Below, piece by piece: positions 12,133 to 24,075 of a DNA stretch of 64,000 nucleotides. Both the position numbers and the translations under genes were made by a program. Numbering within the stretch: the first letter of the stretch is position 1; every line of letters begins with the position of its first letter. Source of the DNA: Takakia lepidozioides (Eukaryota; Plantae; Bryophyta). The stretch is from assembly GCA_030704615.1 (NCBI GenBank), contig CM060734.1, positions 18,352,001 to 18,416,000 on the forward strand, written 5' to 3'. The notes under the pieces were generated by a model. It was not told the origin of the DNA. It did not search any database and saw nothing but the letters and a program-made list of their open reading frames with translations.

Positions 12133-14011
12133 ACTGCAGCTGCTCAGTTCCTCCCCCCCACCCATTTTTTTTTCATTATTGCCCCCTCTCTCCCTCTGTC
12201 TCCCTCTCTACTTGGAATTTGGAGTTTGCTATCAGTGTTGACTTCTTGTTTTCTCATCCTCTATCAGGCTTTTTCATCCATACCGGATGAGCCACCAGGA
12301 TGGACACTGAATTACCTCTAGGATGGTTCTTTTGGCTTTTTCATTCCTCCTTTATTGACTCTCATCCATACCGGATGAGTCACCATGGAAGAAAAAAATT
12401 ACCTCTATGGAGGTTGCCAACAACATCCTGTTTTTCCATCCGTACCGGTTGAAAAACTACCAGGATGATAATTTTTCATTCCTCTTTTATTGACTCTTTT
12501 TATCCATACCGGATGGTCTGGTGAGGAATGATAAAATTACCTAGATGGAGGTAAGACGCTGCCACGGATGATATTCCCTACTTTTTCATCCTGACACAAG
12601 TGATGATGTGATTATGGCCTGGAATTGATGAAAACCGTCAGGGTATACAGATGCGTCCTACCGTTTTTCATCCACGGATGAATAATCGGGGGACAAAAAA
12701 CCCTATGTCATCTCTCCCGCTGTCAGAAGCACGCGATGTGCTTCTGAGCTCGCGAGGAGAGTGTTATGGCGGACGTGCTTTGGTGGTTGCCCCGTTTGTG
12801 GTGTCGTACCCATGCTGAACGAGCGCCTGGGGGGGCACGAAGGCGGCGCCTTGTCTCTCCTGCAGCGGGAAACACCGCTATGAATGCAGTGGCATCTTCC
12901 CTCCTCTGGCTTTTTTTTTTGTGCTTAGCAAGGGTGCTTATGATGGGAAGTTCTGTCCCTCCTTTCTAATGCCTCGCGATTGTGCCTGCTTTGCTTCATT
13001 GCTTATGTGCTTTGTGAAGGCGGCTTGCTGCAGGTGGTGATGGCGCATAACCATCTTCCCCAATCGCTTAAGGTGCCTTTGGAGTTTAGGGATTCTCATG
13101 TTCTTATCTCTTTCTCTTGCTTTTGAGTTTCTTAGTCGACATCGATGACAAGTGTGAGGGTCTATGATTCACCTGGGGTTCCACAATCCTCACTAACCTG
13201 TTGGTTTTTGTGGGGGCTTGTGATGGGACCAGGTGAGGATCCTCACCTACTTTGAAGTTTCTTGAGCATGCAGATTGGGATATGGGCTGAGGAGACCTAG
13301 GGGTTTGTGAGCTGTGAGGTGGCTGCTGCCTGCAGCCCCGATTTCAACCCGACTGCCCCTGGCTTGACATGCTATAGCCTGCGTTCTGGCCTTTGTCGTT
13401 CTGCCGCCGATGCGCAGCTCGGCCTGACTGGCGTGTTTACTGAGGCTTGCATACAAACCATACCCTACCTTTTGATCTTTGACAGCAAAGCCTGTGGATT
13501 ATTAAGCTAGGTTGTAAGTTCTTTTGGCCAAAGAGGATCTGGTTTTTGGTGGTATGTTTTTGGCGTTTTTGGGTATCTGTGGACCTGGTGGCCTTGAAGT
13601 TTAAGGCGGCAGCCTGGTAGGGTACTGCCCTGCTCCTTTTCAGGCCTACTTCTGATGTGTACTGGATCGTAGTAAGGTGTTCTTTACATGTCTTAGCATG
13701 GAACTCTTGAAGGATGAGGATGGTAAGCTGCAATGGGATCCTACCTATAGTTCTGGATCTGTCATGACGTCAGGCCTATGACCTGCAATCTGGTTTTTTA
13801 TATACAAAAGAGGCTGGATCTCGGCTGTTCATGCTGCTTGTTGGTACAAGTCTTGAACTTGCAATTTGACAGGCTGCATTCACATTCCCTTGATAACTTG
13901 TATGATCACATGTCTCGGGGTGAATACAAATGATATGGAATCTACTTCATCTTACTCAAGTTGGACTGCTTGGTGGCATACTGAGATTCTGACAAACTGC
14001 AAGCTAGTCCT

Positions 14012-17000
14012 TGTTAGAGGGCTGTTTGGGACTTTAACGCTTTTACGGGTCTAGCATAGTACACCGGTGAATCTATATTTCCTGTAACATTTTGGGCTAA
14101 CACTGCTCCCAACGCCTCTCCTGAGGCATCATAGTGAACCTGAAATACTACATGCCAGTGAGGGTTAATCAGCACAGGTGTAGTTGTTACTGACAATGTA
14201 AGTTCCTCAAAAGCCTGTTGACATTCAGCTGTCCATGCAAACACTGCATCTTTTTTCAGAAGCTTGCTCAATGGTGCTGCTATCTGTGCATACCTTTTGA
14301 CAAATCTTCTGTAATAACTGGTTTGTCCAAGGAATCTCCTTAGACTCTTAACATTTACTGATGGTGGAGAGGCTTTAATGGCCTCTGTCTTCCTGGGATC
14401 CACAAGAAGTCCCCTCTTACACACAATGTGTCCCTAAAGCACCCTTGAGTTCACACAGAAAGTACACTTCTCTTGATTCAGGCCTAGACCTCTCATCCTG
14501 CATCTGGCCAAACATAACTCCAATTTATGCAAGTGCTCATTCTTAGAGCTATACACACTGAAATCATCCAAGAACACCTGCATGAAATCATCCAGATACT
14601 CATGAACAGATTCACTTATCACTCTCTGAAAGGTTGCTGGTGCATTACAAAGTCCAAAAGGCATGACTTTGTATGCATAAGCACCCCAATCTGTGATGAA
14701 AGCTGTCTTTCTCTGGTCTTCTTCTGCCACTTGCACTTGATTATAACCACTGAAGCCATCCATGAATGAGTACATCTCATGGCCTGCCACAGTGTCCAAT
14801 ACCGCTTCTGTGAATGGCAAAGGAAAAAAATCTTTCTTTGTGCAAGCATTCAACTTCTTATAGTTCACACAAACTCTCAGTTTACCATTCTTCTTGGGAA
14901 CTATCACAATGGGTGACAACCAACTTGTATACTCTATCGGGTATATAAACTTAGCCTCAGCCAACTTCTTGATCTCTTCTCCAACCTTCTGTGCATAGTT
15001 GGGATTCATTCTGTACCTTGCCTGTTTGATTGGTACTGACCCTGGTTCCAGTTCAATCTTATGTTGACAGATCTCAGGTGGTATCCCTTTTAGATCCTCG
15101 TAGCTCCAAGCAAATACATCTCTGTATTTGATGAACAAACTCTTAGCTTCCTCAAAGAATTTTGGCTCCAAATCAGCCGCTACCTTCACCATCCTCGGTT
15201 CCTCTTCAGTTCCCACATTCACTTCTCTCACCTGCTCATCAGCTGTGATTGTCCAACCAGTTACCACTTCATCCTGTAAACTCACAGTGGCTGGTTCTTC
15301 TAGGATTTCCATTTCTCCTTCTCTTTCTTCATAAAAATGTGGTGGGTAACTGCTTATTTCACCTTCAATTGGTGTTGCTGTCACTACACCACAACAGATA
15401 CCTTTTAAACAACTTAGGCCTTCCAGCTGCATCTCTGCAACCTGCTCCCACTCTGGGTGTGCATCGAAGAAGGTAGCTTCCTGCTCCTCATCCAGTCCTC
15501 CCCTCCAGTCATACTCCCTGACCCCTCGAGGTCTTCTCGTAGCAGGTAATCTAGTAGATTTCTTAGTGGTAATTTGTATCTTGTGCATCCCATTATGCAC
15601 AGTTAGTAACTGGGAATTCCAGTCATGGAATACCCTGGCCTGTTTCAGCCACGGACGTCCCAATAATAAGGAGTAAGCCTCCATGACTTCATCCATTTTC
15701 AACACAGTTACTGTGATCATAAAGATCATCTTTTGAATCTGTATCTTAACTCCTCTTATCAATCCCAATGGCTGTACACTTCTTTGATCTGCCATTGTTA
15801 CTATAAATGGGGCTGGTTTCATGTTACTTAGACCAAGCTTCTACCTTAATTGGTCTGTCATGATATTCACTCCAGAGCCTCCATCTATTAATACATCAGT
15901 TAGTTCTGTGCTTCCAATTCTCAATTGGATTACTGGCATAGAATCATCAAAGTCCATGACTGTTTCTCGCCCTTCCGGCTTCACATTATAACTGGTCACC
16001 TTGCTGTTCAGGTCTATGTTCTCTGTCACATGGGCAATTCGATTGATTGCTTGATACAGCCTGTGTCTACAATAAGGTGCCACAGCCAATAGCTGTCCAA
16101 TGATAATCTCTGCTTTGGACTGGCATATTACTTCAGCCAAAGTCCCTTCATTACTCTGCATGTCCGCAGCTTCTTTCTTCCCTTCATCCTCACTCACTTC
16201 CTCTTCTCTTTCAGAATCAGAGGAATCTGCCATAGGAATATCAATACTCTTCTGCATTTCCCTTATGGTATCTGCCACTTCCTTGTGCAGTTCCTTCTCA
16301 TCTCTCCAAGCCTCATCATCTTCAGGCACATCACTGCCATTTTCATCATCTTCCTCATCTACTGGAGGTATTAGTTTGGTTTTGCTTCTCGTTACTATCA
16401 TTGTACTTACTTCTGGTACAACACATGGCCTAACCATGTGAGCTGCCACCACTGGTCCCTCATTCACGGGAGCTCTCATCTCATTCTGGTGTCTGATCTA
16501 GAATGGACAGGCTGCCTTGCGATGGCCTGCCTGATTACAATAGTAACACAGTTCTTCCCCATTAGGTCCTCGCCCTTGGTCTGTTCTGGAATTGTTTATG
16601 TAATCCTAATTCCCTGGCTGGTAATTCCCTCTTGGATTACCTCTCCCTTCATTGCCATTGTTATAACCACCAGGCCTACCATAGTGGTCCTGATCACTGT
16701 TTCTTCTTGGCTGGGGCTGCACTTGATGCACCCTTACTTGCCTAGGTTCTCTAGCTGCTGTTCTTCTGTTGTAGTAACAATTCTCAGTAGAATGGTTATC
16801 CATTTTACAGATAGTATAGTGTTTCTCCTTCATGTGGCATTCAGTGGTGGTATGGCCTTCATTCTGCCACTTTGCACACCAAACACCCTTCCTCCAATGT
16901 GTTGCAGCCTCTGTGGCATACTTCTTCAAGATTTCTTCTAATCTTTTCTCATAGTTATCCCTCTTCAACTTCTCCTTTCTCTTACTCTTCCTTTTCAGCT

Positions 17001-18492
17001 CTTGCTCTTCTTCCTCATCCGACTCATCCTCAGAGTCCTCATCATCCATTTTCTCTCTCTTGAGCATTCCCAATTGCTCAATTCTGTTCGCTGTTTCAAA
17101 TGCCTCCTCCACTGTATTATGGGGTAACATATCCACTTTCTTTTGCAACTCTGGTCTTAGTCCACTCACAAACCAAGTCTTCTGTAAACCTGGTGCTGGT
17201 ACAGCAGCCAACTTTTTCATCATCAATTCCATTTTTTCCATATACTCCTCAACAGTTTCATGCTTCTTTTGCTTTAACTGTTGTAAACTTCCATACACTT
17301 CATCCTCAGTTTTACTTGTCTTGAACCTATTTCGGAATGCTGTATTCAAGCCATTCCAGGTTAGGAAATGATTATCAGGGAATCTTGCATACCATTCACT
17401 TGCTTTCTTGATAAGTGAACAAGGAAACAATCTCATCTTGGCATCCTCGCCATTCTCATTGTTCACAATACACATGTGCTCAAATTGGCTAATGTGTACA
17501 TCGGGATCCCCTTTTCCTGAATATATTGGAAAAGGTGGTTTTGCCCGTGTTGGTTGTAACGCCATCTGTGGCCCTACCCTCTGCCCACTGACAGATGTTG
17601 GCCCCCTTGCTGGTGTTGGTCCTTGAGGACCTGTTGTAGTTGTGGTGGATCTTCCACCAAGTGGTGGCCCCTGAGCACTCCCTGCTACTGGCCCCACGAT
17701 ATTCATAGTATTCCCAGCTCCAGTTGCACTACTTCCCACACTCCCTGTCCCCCCAGAGCCAGATCCAGGCTTCCTGCCTGATCCCCCTGAGCCGACACCT
17801 TCGTTGGCCTGTGATCCAAGTGCTCCACTTGATCCAGGTCCAATGGGTTGGGATGTCCTGGTTGTAGTCTCAACCTCAGTTGTTGGGTTTAGGGTGCCTT
17901 CATGTTATCAATTCACCTTATCTGATACTGAAGCATCAGATTGCTTCAATATCTTCTTAATTCCAATTAATCATGCATTCATTTCACAGCTTCACTCTTG
18001 TCACTCTACACAGTGTGCTTGTATCGAATAAGTATCAGATTATGATTTATCAGGTACTAGGCCAATGTCAAGGTGACTCTAATCTGCCCTACAGTATCAC
18101 TACAACTCTGCATGTAATAAGCATCTACTGTTCATCTCTCCTCCTTCTCCGTGCTCTCGTTCTTGCTCTTCGCCTGATCTCCTCTCCTCCATGACCAAGA
18201 AGCGCTCCCTGTGAAGTGTCCCCTCTTTCCGTTGCCGCCCCCTTATCTGCCCGCAAGCTATTCTAACCACCTAACTAATTAACCGTCATCCCTGAAGTAA
18301 CACATTCCTTCTGCAGATGTCGTTCCCTCACAGTCGTTCCCTGCCAATGATAACTGTTCCCCATGTACTGTGACAGCCTGTGTCAAGCTGTGCCGAGCTG
18401 TGACTGGCTGTGTCGGCTGTGTCGGGCTGTATCGGGCTGTGTTGGCTGTGACTGGTTGTGACGGGCTGTGCGAAGCTGTGGCGGGCTGTGTT
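14012..18492 (-). mobile_element. Rearranged fragment of a non-chromovirus Ty3/Gypsy element (gag, protease, RT, start of RNase H, plus a diverged LTR piece)
   Basis: 14051-17888 is nearly identical to about 35437-39300; motifs CAKWQNEGH/CTICKMDNH, LIDGGSG, FMDGFSGY, VFLDDF; 17893-18492 resembles the LTR 28233-29228. Confidence 0.9.
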
Positions 18493-18494
18493 GG

Positions 18495-18725
18495 CGCCGA
18501 ATTTCGGTACATGGTGCCGGGGATTGCACAGAAGTTGGGCAGTTCTGGGCCATGTAACTGGAAATTCGGCGCCATTTTTCCAGTGCATGTTCGGATATCC
18601 AGTTTTCGGCGCAAAATAGGGAAATTCGGCGCCATTTTTCCAGACACGGGTACCAGTGCATGTTGGGACTTAGCCAGTTTTCGGCCCAAAATAGAGAAAT
18701 TCGGCGCCATTTTTCCAGAAATGGC
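18495..18725. repeat. Cluster of the palindromic GAAATTCGGCGCCATTTTTCC motif
   Basis: Same motif family as the 20656-21690 array, present in both orientations. Confidence 0.85.
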
Positions 18726-18870
18726 CCCACATCTGCTGTTGGATCTCAGTTTGAATGGAATATTGTCTCATTCCAAGAGTTTTGGGGTGCATTTCATTAC
18801 ACTGCAAAAAAAAATCTGATACATGAAAATGCAATTGAAAATATCCATATGGAGGATTCCCTTTGCCCCA

Positions 18871-19430
18871 TCAATGATTTCTGGAATCCCTAAGGAGGAG
18901 TTTGTGCAGCTCGTTCACGCTCAACGCCGGTGCATGAATAAAGTCATCAATAGTCACGTTCATCCTCAACCTCTTCAGGTAAATGTAATACAGATGCTTG
19001 CACGGATAATACTTTGAACCCTTCTTTGCTTCCATCAACGAGAAGTCCGTACAATTGCAAGTCGGCTCCACTCCAATCGTAATTGTGTATACATCGTCGC
19101 GTACAGCCGAGCCGGCCGTTGCCATCCGATAAACACGCCCAAGGCCGGGTGGAGGTACGTCCACGGAGCTCTGAATAGTGCAAGCCATCCCAAAAGCATT
19201 GGCAATCCGAGTCTCATTCAACTTGTTGGGAGGGTGTCGTCTCTTCACTCTTCCGAATCGCATTGTGGGATGTGCAGAATTGTCCAATCCGTCTCTACTG
19301 GACCGAGAAGTCTACAATGGCTGGGTCTGAGGAACCGGAAATGCGTGGGCTGGGACATCTGTGCGTTGCACTCTTGCTTTTGGACCCATCCGATTGTAAG
19401 TCATTTCATTGCGAATCCTCATATTTGTTG
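18871..19430 (-). pseudogene. SWIM zinc-finger protein C-terminus, probably the end of a Mutator-like or other transposon protein; 5' part missing
   Basis: YTITIGVEPTCNCTDF-x12-CKHLYYI matches the SWIM CxCxnCxH pattern; the frame continues upstream through one TAG (19312-19314) into ORF 19312..19557. Confidence 0.75.
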
Positions 19431-19475
19431 AAAATTCCCATTTCAGTATTGTTTGATGGAAATGTGGCATTGCAG

Positions 19476-22400
19476 GGTGACTGAGAATGCCTTCATTGCC
19501 ACCAATTTGTCCCATATGCTCTTCCGAGTGAAGGATGTCGGGAAGTAGGGGGTGCAAGAGTTTGCCAATTCGCTCAGTGCCGACCTCTTGCGCAAGTCGG
19601 AGGCAAAGGCAGACAGAACCTGGTATAGGCTGAGCATGGACGCCATGGTGGACTACATATTTTGGGTAAAGCTCCTCACTGTTTTGTTGAGCTAATGTGT
19701 CTCTCCTCCCCCAATAGAAGAAAAATTGTTGAGCAGGATCTCTAATCTTATGTGCGCATTCTTGACAGACGAAAATTCAGCAGGATTTGGCACATGCGCG
19801 GAGGTTCTACATGGAGTCAGAGGAGAAGAATCTAACCCTCCTGGCACTCAAATCGTATCTCAAAGCTGCGGAGGCCAGGGCCCGCATAAAGTACAAGTCA
19901 CGGATGGTAAAGTACGTGGCCATAGCTGATCCCGCCCTTGGTGCCAACTTCCTGGTGGAGGTGGGGAAGCACTACTCCCGCGCTCTGAAGCCCACGATGA
20001 CATTGGAGAAGCTCCATCATCTAGCCACATCCTGTGTGGATGCAACAGAAAAGGTGATACATTCTTAACCAAATTGTGGTGGCAACAACTCGTTTTTGTG
20101 GTGTTTGGCACTTACGAATATGCTGGGTGGTTGGACAGACCTGGTGGCTCCAAATCTGGAATGGTTCCCAAAGTACAAGGGACATGTGGAGCTTCCCCAA
20201 ACCGGACAAACTGTCTGACCCCACATTCGACATGTGGATGAACCGCATGACATGGTGGTTTCAGGTACTTCCCCATGCTTCGTTTGGCGCTTCTACTCTT
20301 GTAGGGGGTGGATTCATTGTATTTTTTGAGGAAAGCGATCTGATGGAGAATCTCCACAGGTGACAACGAATGCGCAAGAGCAGCTGGACACACAAGCACA
20401 TCAGTTCAGGATGGAGATTTCTCCTGCAGCAGAGAGCCTACGCGACTATGTGACAAGGTACTTTCTGCTCTACAAAACCGACCTATTCTTTTGGGAGATA
20501 CCCCATGCCCGCCGGAGCCACGAGTTCACCGACCAGCCGAATGCGGACAAAGCAGCAATGCGCCTTCTGTATAGGTACATACGCGATGCCTTCCTTTCAA
20601 GTCCTTGCATTTCAGGATGTTAGAGGCCTTATGTGGCGCATGAAAATTGGTCTTTGGGAAAATGGTGCCGAAGTTCAGGGCTCCGAAAATGGCTAAGTCC
20701 CTAGGGTGCCTGGCCCTGAACTGGAAATTCAGCGCCATTTTTCCAGTTCAAGGCCATATTACCGTTCTGGGACTTAGCCATTTTCGGGCCGGAAATGGGA
20801 AAATGGCGCCGAATTTCCAGTTCAGGGCTCCGAAAATGGCTAAGTCCCTAGGGTGGCTGGCCCTAATCTGGAAATTCGGCGCCATTTTTCCAGTTCTAGG
20901 CCCTATTACCGTTCTGGGACTTAGCCATTTTCGGGCCGGAAATGGGAAAATGGCGCCGAATTTCCAGTTCAGGGCTCCGAAAATGGCTAAGTCCCTAGGG
21001 TGGCTGGCCCTAAACTGGAAATTCGGCGCCATTTTTCCAGTTCTAGGCCCTATTACCGTTCTGGGACTTGGCCATTTTCGGGCCGGAAATGGGAAAATGG
21101 TGCCGAATTTCCAGTTCAGGGCTCCGAAAATGGCTAAGTCCCTAGGGTGGCTAGCCCTAAACTGGAAATTCGGCGCCATTTTTCCAGTTCTAGGCCCTAT
21201 TACCGTTCTGGGACTTGGCCATTTTCGGGCCGGAAATGGGAAAATGGCGCCGAATTTCCAGTTCAGGGCTCCGAAAATGGCTAAGTCCCTAGGGTGGCTG
21301 GCCCTAAACTGGAAATTCGGCGCCATTTTTCCAGTTCTAGGCCCTATTACCGTTCTGGGACTTGGCCATTTTCGGGCCGGAAATGGGAAAATGGCGCCGA
21401 ATTTCCAGTTCAGGGCTCCGAAAATGGCTAAGTCCCTAGGGTGGCTGGCACAAAAAACCGAAATTCGGCGCCATTTTTCGAGTTTTAGGCCCTGGCAGTT
21501 TTGGAACTTAGCCATTTTCGGGCCAAACCGGGAAAAATGGCACCGAATTTCAAGTTCCGGGCTCCCAAGATGGCTAAGTCCCTAGGGTGGCAGTCACCGA
21601 AAACCGAAATTTGGCGCCATTTTTCCATTTCTAGGCCCAGTCAGATCCGCCCCAACCTGGGAAAATGGTGCCGAATTTGCAGTTCAGGGACCTCATTGTG
21701 TTTTTCATGAATGCAGGTACTGCAAGTTCTCCCTTTTGGAGAAATGTCATCAGTCTTTCGAGCCACCATTCTTCCTGGCATGGAGGAACCCTGGGACTGA
21801 CTCCATGTACACTAACGATATTGCGAAGGAGTGGCATCTGGAACATTTGCGTGATTGCCCTTGGTATGTGGACCTTCCGCCCGGCTCGCTCGACCCATCC
21901 GAGTTTCAATTGAAGCTGGATGCTGAGGCCCGACGGAACCGGGCTCCGCTGCCTCCGTTGGGTGCAAAAGAGGCAAAAGCGCTTGCGAACTCCAGGAAAG
22001 CGGCAGAGCTTGCTCAGGCAGGAATTCAGGAGAAATTGAATGAGAAGAATAAAGGCCAAAGGAAAAGGACAAGGAAACAGGTGAGTACAATAACACCCAA
22101 AAAACAGAAAACCATCGGGGCATCAGAGGAGGCGCAGGAGGGGACCCAAGGGAGTGACTCGGACGACGACTTTGTTCAAGGTCCTGCGACTGTTGTTGCT
22201 GCTACCAAGTCACCGGTCGTCCGGGTTCCCAAGTCAGTTCGGAGTGGGACTGGCTCTGCCAAGAAGTTGGCATTTGAGGGCGAGCCTACACGGCGGTATT
22301 CGGCGGTGACGTTTACGCACATGCCAAAGCTAGAACCTCCAACCATCATCCAATGCGTCAATGAGAGCTTCCTTGACGCTCTCGCTGCCAGGGCAAAGAA

Positions 22401-24075
22401 GGTGGCACACAGCAAGTCTTTGGCGGAGCAGAAGGGGAAAGCCAAGAAGAGGGCTGCTGGTATAGAGCCTAAAGACACCCCTGGTTTTGAAGCCATGATG
22501 GAATTCTTCACGGCTGTGAGCACGGATTGCAAGAGCACTCGGGGGGGGGGGGGGTTGAGGTGGAGTGAGCTTGCGATATGATTCTCCTCGACATTCCAGA
22601 TGGGGAGCTCTTGGAGGGCCTGGATGGTGTGCCCACCTGGAACAGGTTTACTGAGGACTACTGGAAAGTCGGGTTTGGGCTGGCGGGGATGCTCCTGGAT
22701 GACGGTGGATGTGTGGTTGTCCTTGCCACAAGAGGGAAGACCACAGAGAATGCGGTAGCAAGATGGACACCGAAAAGTGTCACCCCGGTCCTCCTCAGAA
22801 AATGGTTCTGCATCAATACACAGGGGTTGCAAACAGAGGGCCAAAGTGTAAGTTATCAATCTATTGCATTCACCTCATATTGTGGTGTATCTAAACTAGA
22901 TCCCGGAGTTGATCCCTCTTTTGTTGGATGTGCAGACATTGGTGTTTGAGGCATATTGCTTTGTGAAGAGAGGGTCTACGTTCAAATTCCGCAACGACGG
23001 TCGTCTTGTTGATGTCGTTGTGGACCCTGTTACCTACGATGTCCTCTACAACTATGTGCCCCACTCCAGTATGCCGAAGGACACAAAGACAAGCAAACCG
23101 TGGCGGTACAGCCGGACCCGGAGCCCTGCTTTCAGCCAAACCCTCATGGAGACGTGCTCGGATGTCCAAGGGCGGATTCTGGACCTCACATGCGGCATGG
23201 GTAAGCCTTCACGTGCTCAATTTGTCCCCTGGCCCGATTGCAATTGCATGCCGCAAGCTATTAACCGCCCGCTTTGTTCCTCAGGTGCTTCAATGTGGGC
23301 AAGGACGTTGTCCGACAGGCATGTGTTCGCCTTCGAGCCAGATACTGCCCTCCACAACTCGAAACTTGCAGCGGCTGAACGTTCGCCAAAAGAGGAAGAG
23401 GCATCCTCGGAGGATGAGGAAAAATCCGAGAAGGAGCAGGGGGAGGAACAAGTTGGGATCGAGGCCGAGGAGCCCCTGGTATACGAGTGAGTGGTCGCAT
23501 TGTAAGTTGCCTCCAGATTTTGTGAGGCACCTCCCTTCGCTCTCTTATTTCATTGAAAACCCTTTTTGCTTCTGCTGGTATTGACATTCTTGAAGTGGAT
23601 TTGTTCTTACTGTAGGATGCCAAGTACGGCAGGAGGGACGTCTACACCGGAGTTCATGGGCAGGAGGAACGTGCTTTTTTTTTCCAGGGGGGATTTCATG
23701 CCTAGTCCAGAAAGGGACTACATCCTTCCTACTTATGCTGCCCGGCTTGCTTCGGTGTCCATTAGGAGGTGTTCCGAACCTAGTCGTGTACAGCAGATTT
23801 TAGACGAGGCAAGCCTCGAGAAAATGAAGATGAGGGAGGAGGCAACAGCTATTAGAGCCCGTCGGGCTCGTAGATTTGTCTTGGATTCTGCTGAGGAAAG
23901 TGGGGGAGAAGAGGCAGAAGATTCCCAGGAGGTGAGGTGGACAGTCCCCCAAGGAGAGGACGGCATTTTTGAGAGGCATACTGCAACTGATGCATCACAG
24001 AGCTCGGAGGATGGGGGGGATGAGGGGGATGAGGAAGAAGGAGGGCCAAGTTCCTCGGAAGGTATAGGAGAGTAG
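19476..24075 (+). pseudogene. Multi-exon gene ending in a beta-class DNA amino-methyltransferase-like (N6_N4_Mtase) domain and an acidic tail; 5'-truncated, 2 stops and 1 frameshift
   Basis: Frame-consistent GT-AG exons 19476-19665, 19769-20053, 20139-20264, 20360-20574, 21717-22847, 22936-23200, 23285-23486, 23616-24075. Motif IV-like CDMILLDIPDG precedes motif X/I-like RSPAFSQTLMETCSDVQGRILDLTCGMGASMWARTLSDRHVFAFEPD. Lesions: TAG 19546, G14 run 22541-22554, TGA 22566. Confidence 0.72.
20656..21690. repeat. Intronic tandem array, 147-bp unit (about 7 copies), each unit internally palindromic
   Basis: gggaaaatgg(c/t)gccg at 20797, 20944, 21091, 21238, 21385; each unit holds two motifs and their reverse complements. 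Confidence 0.97.

Noticed and set aside
11809-12321. ORFs with ER/LS/K/F runs
   Set aside because: Translations of the (GA)n and poly-A tracts.
18279-18819. Overlapping ORFs of 86-149 aa
   Set aside because: Translations of the GGCTGTG minisatellite and the palindromic repeats.
20647-21585. 312-aa and 255-aa repeat proteins on both strands, or a CRISPR-like array
   Set aside because: By-products of a stop-free, palindromic 147-bp unit inside a predicted intron; there are no unique spacers and no cas genes.
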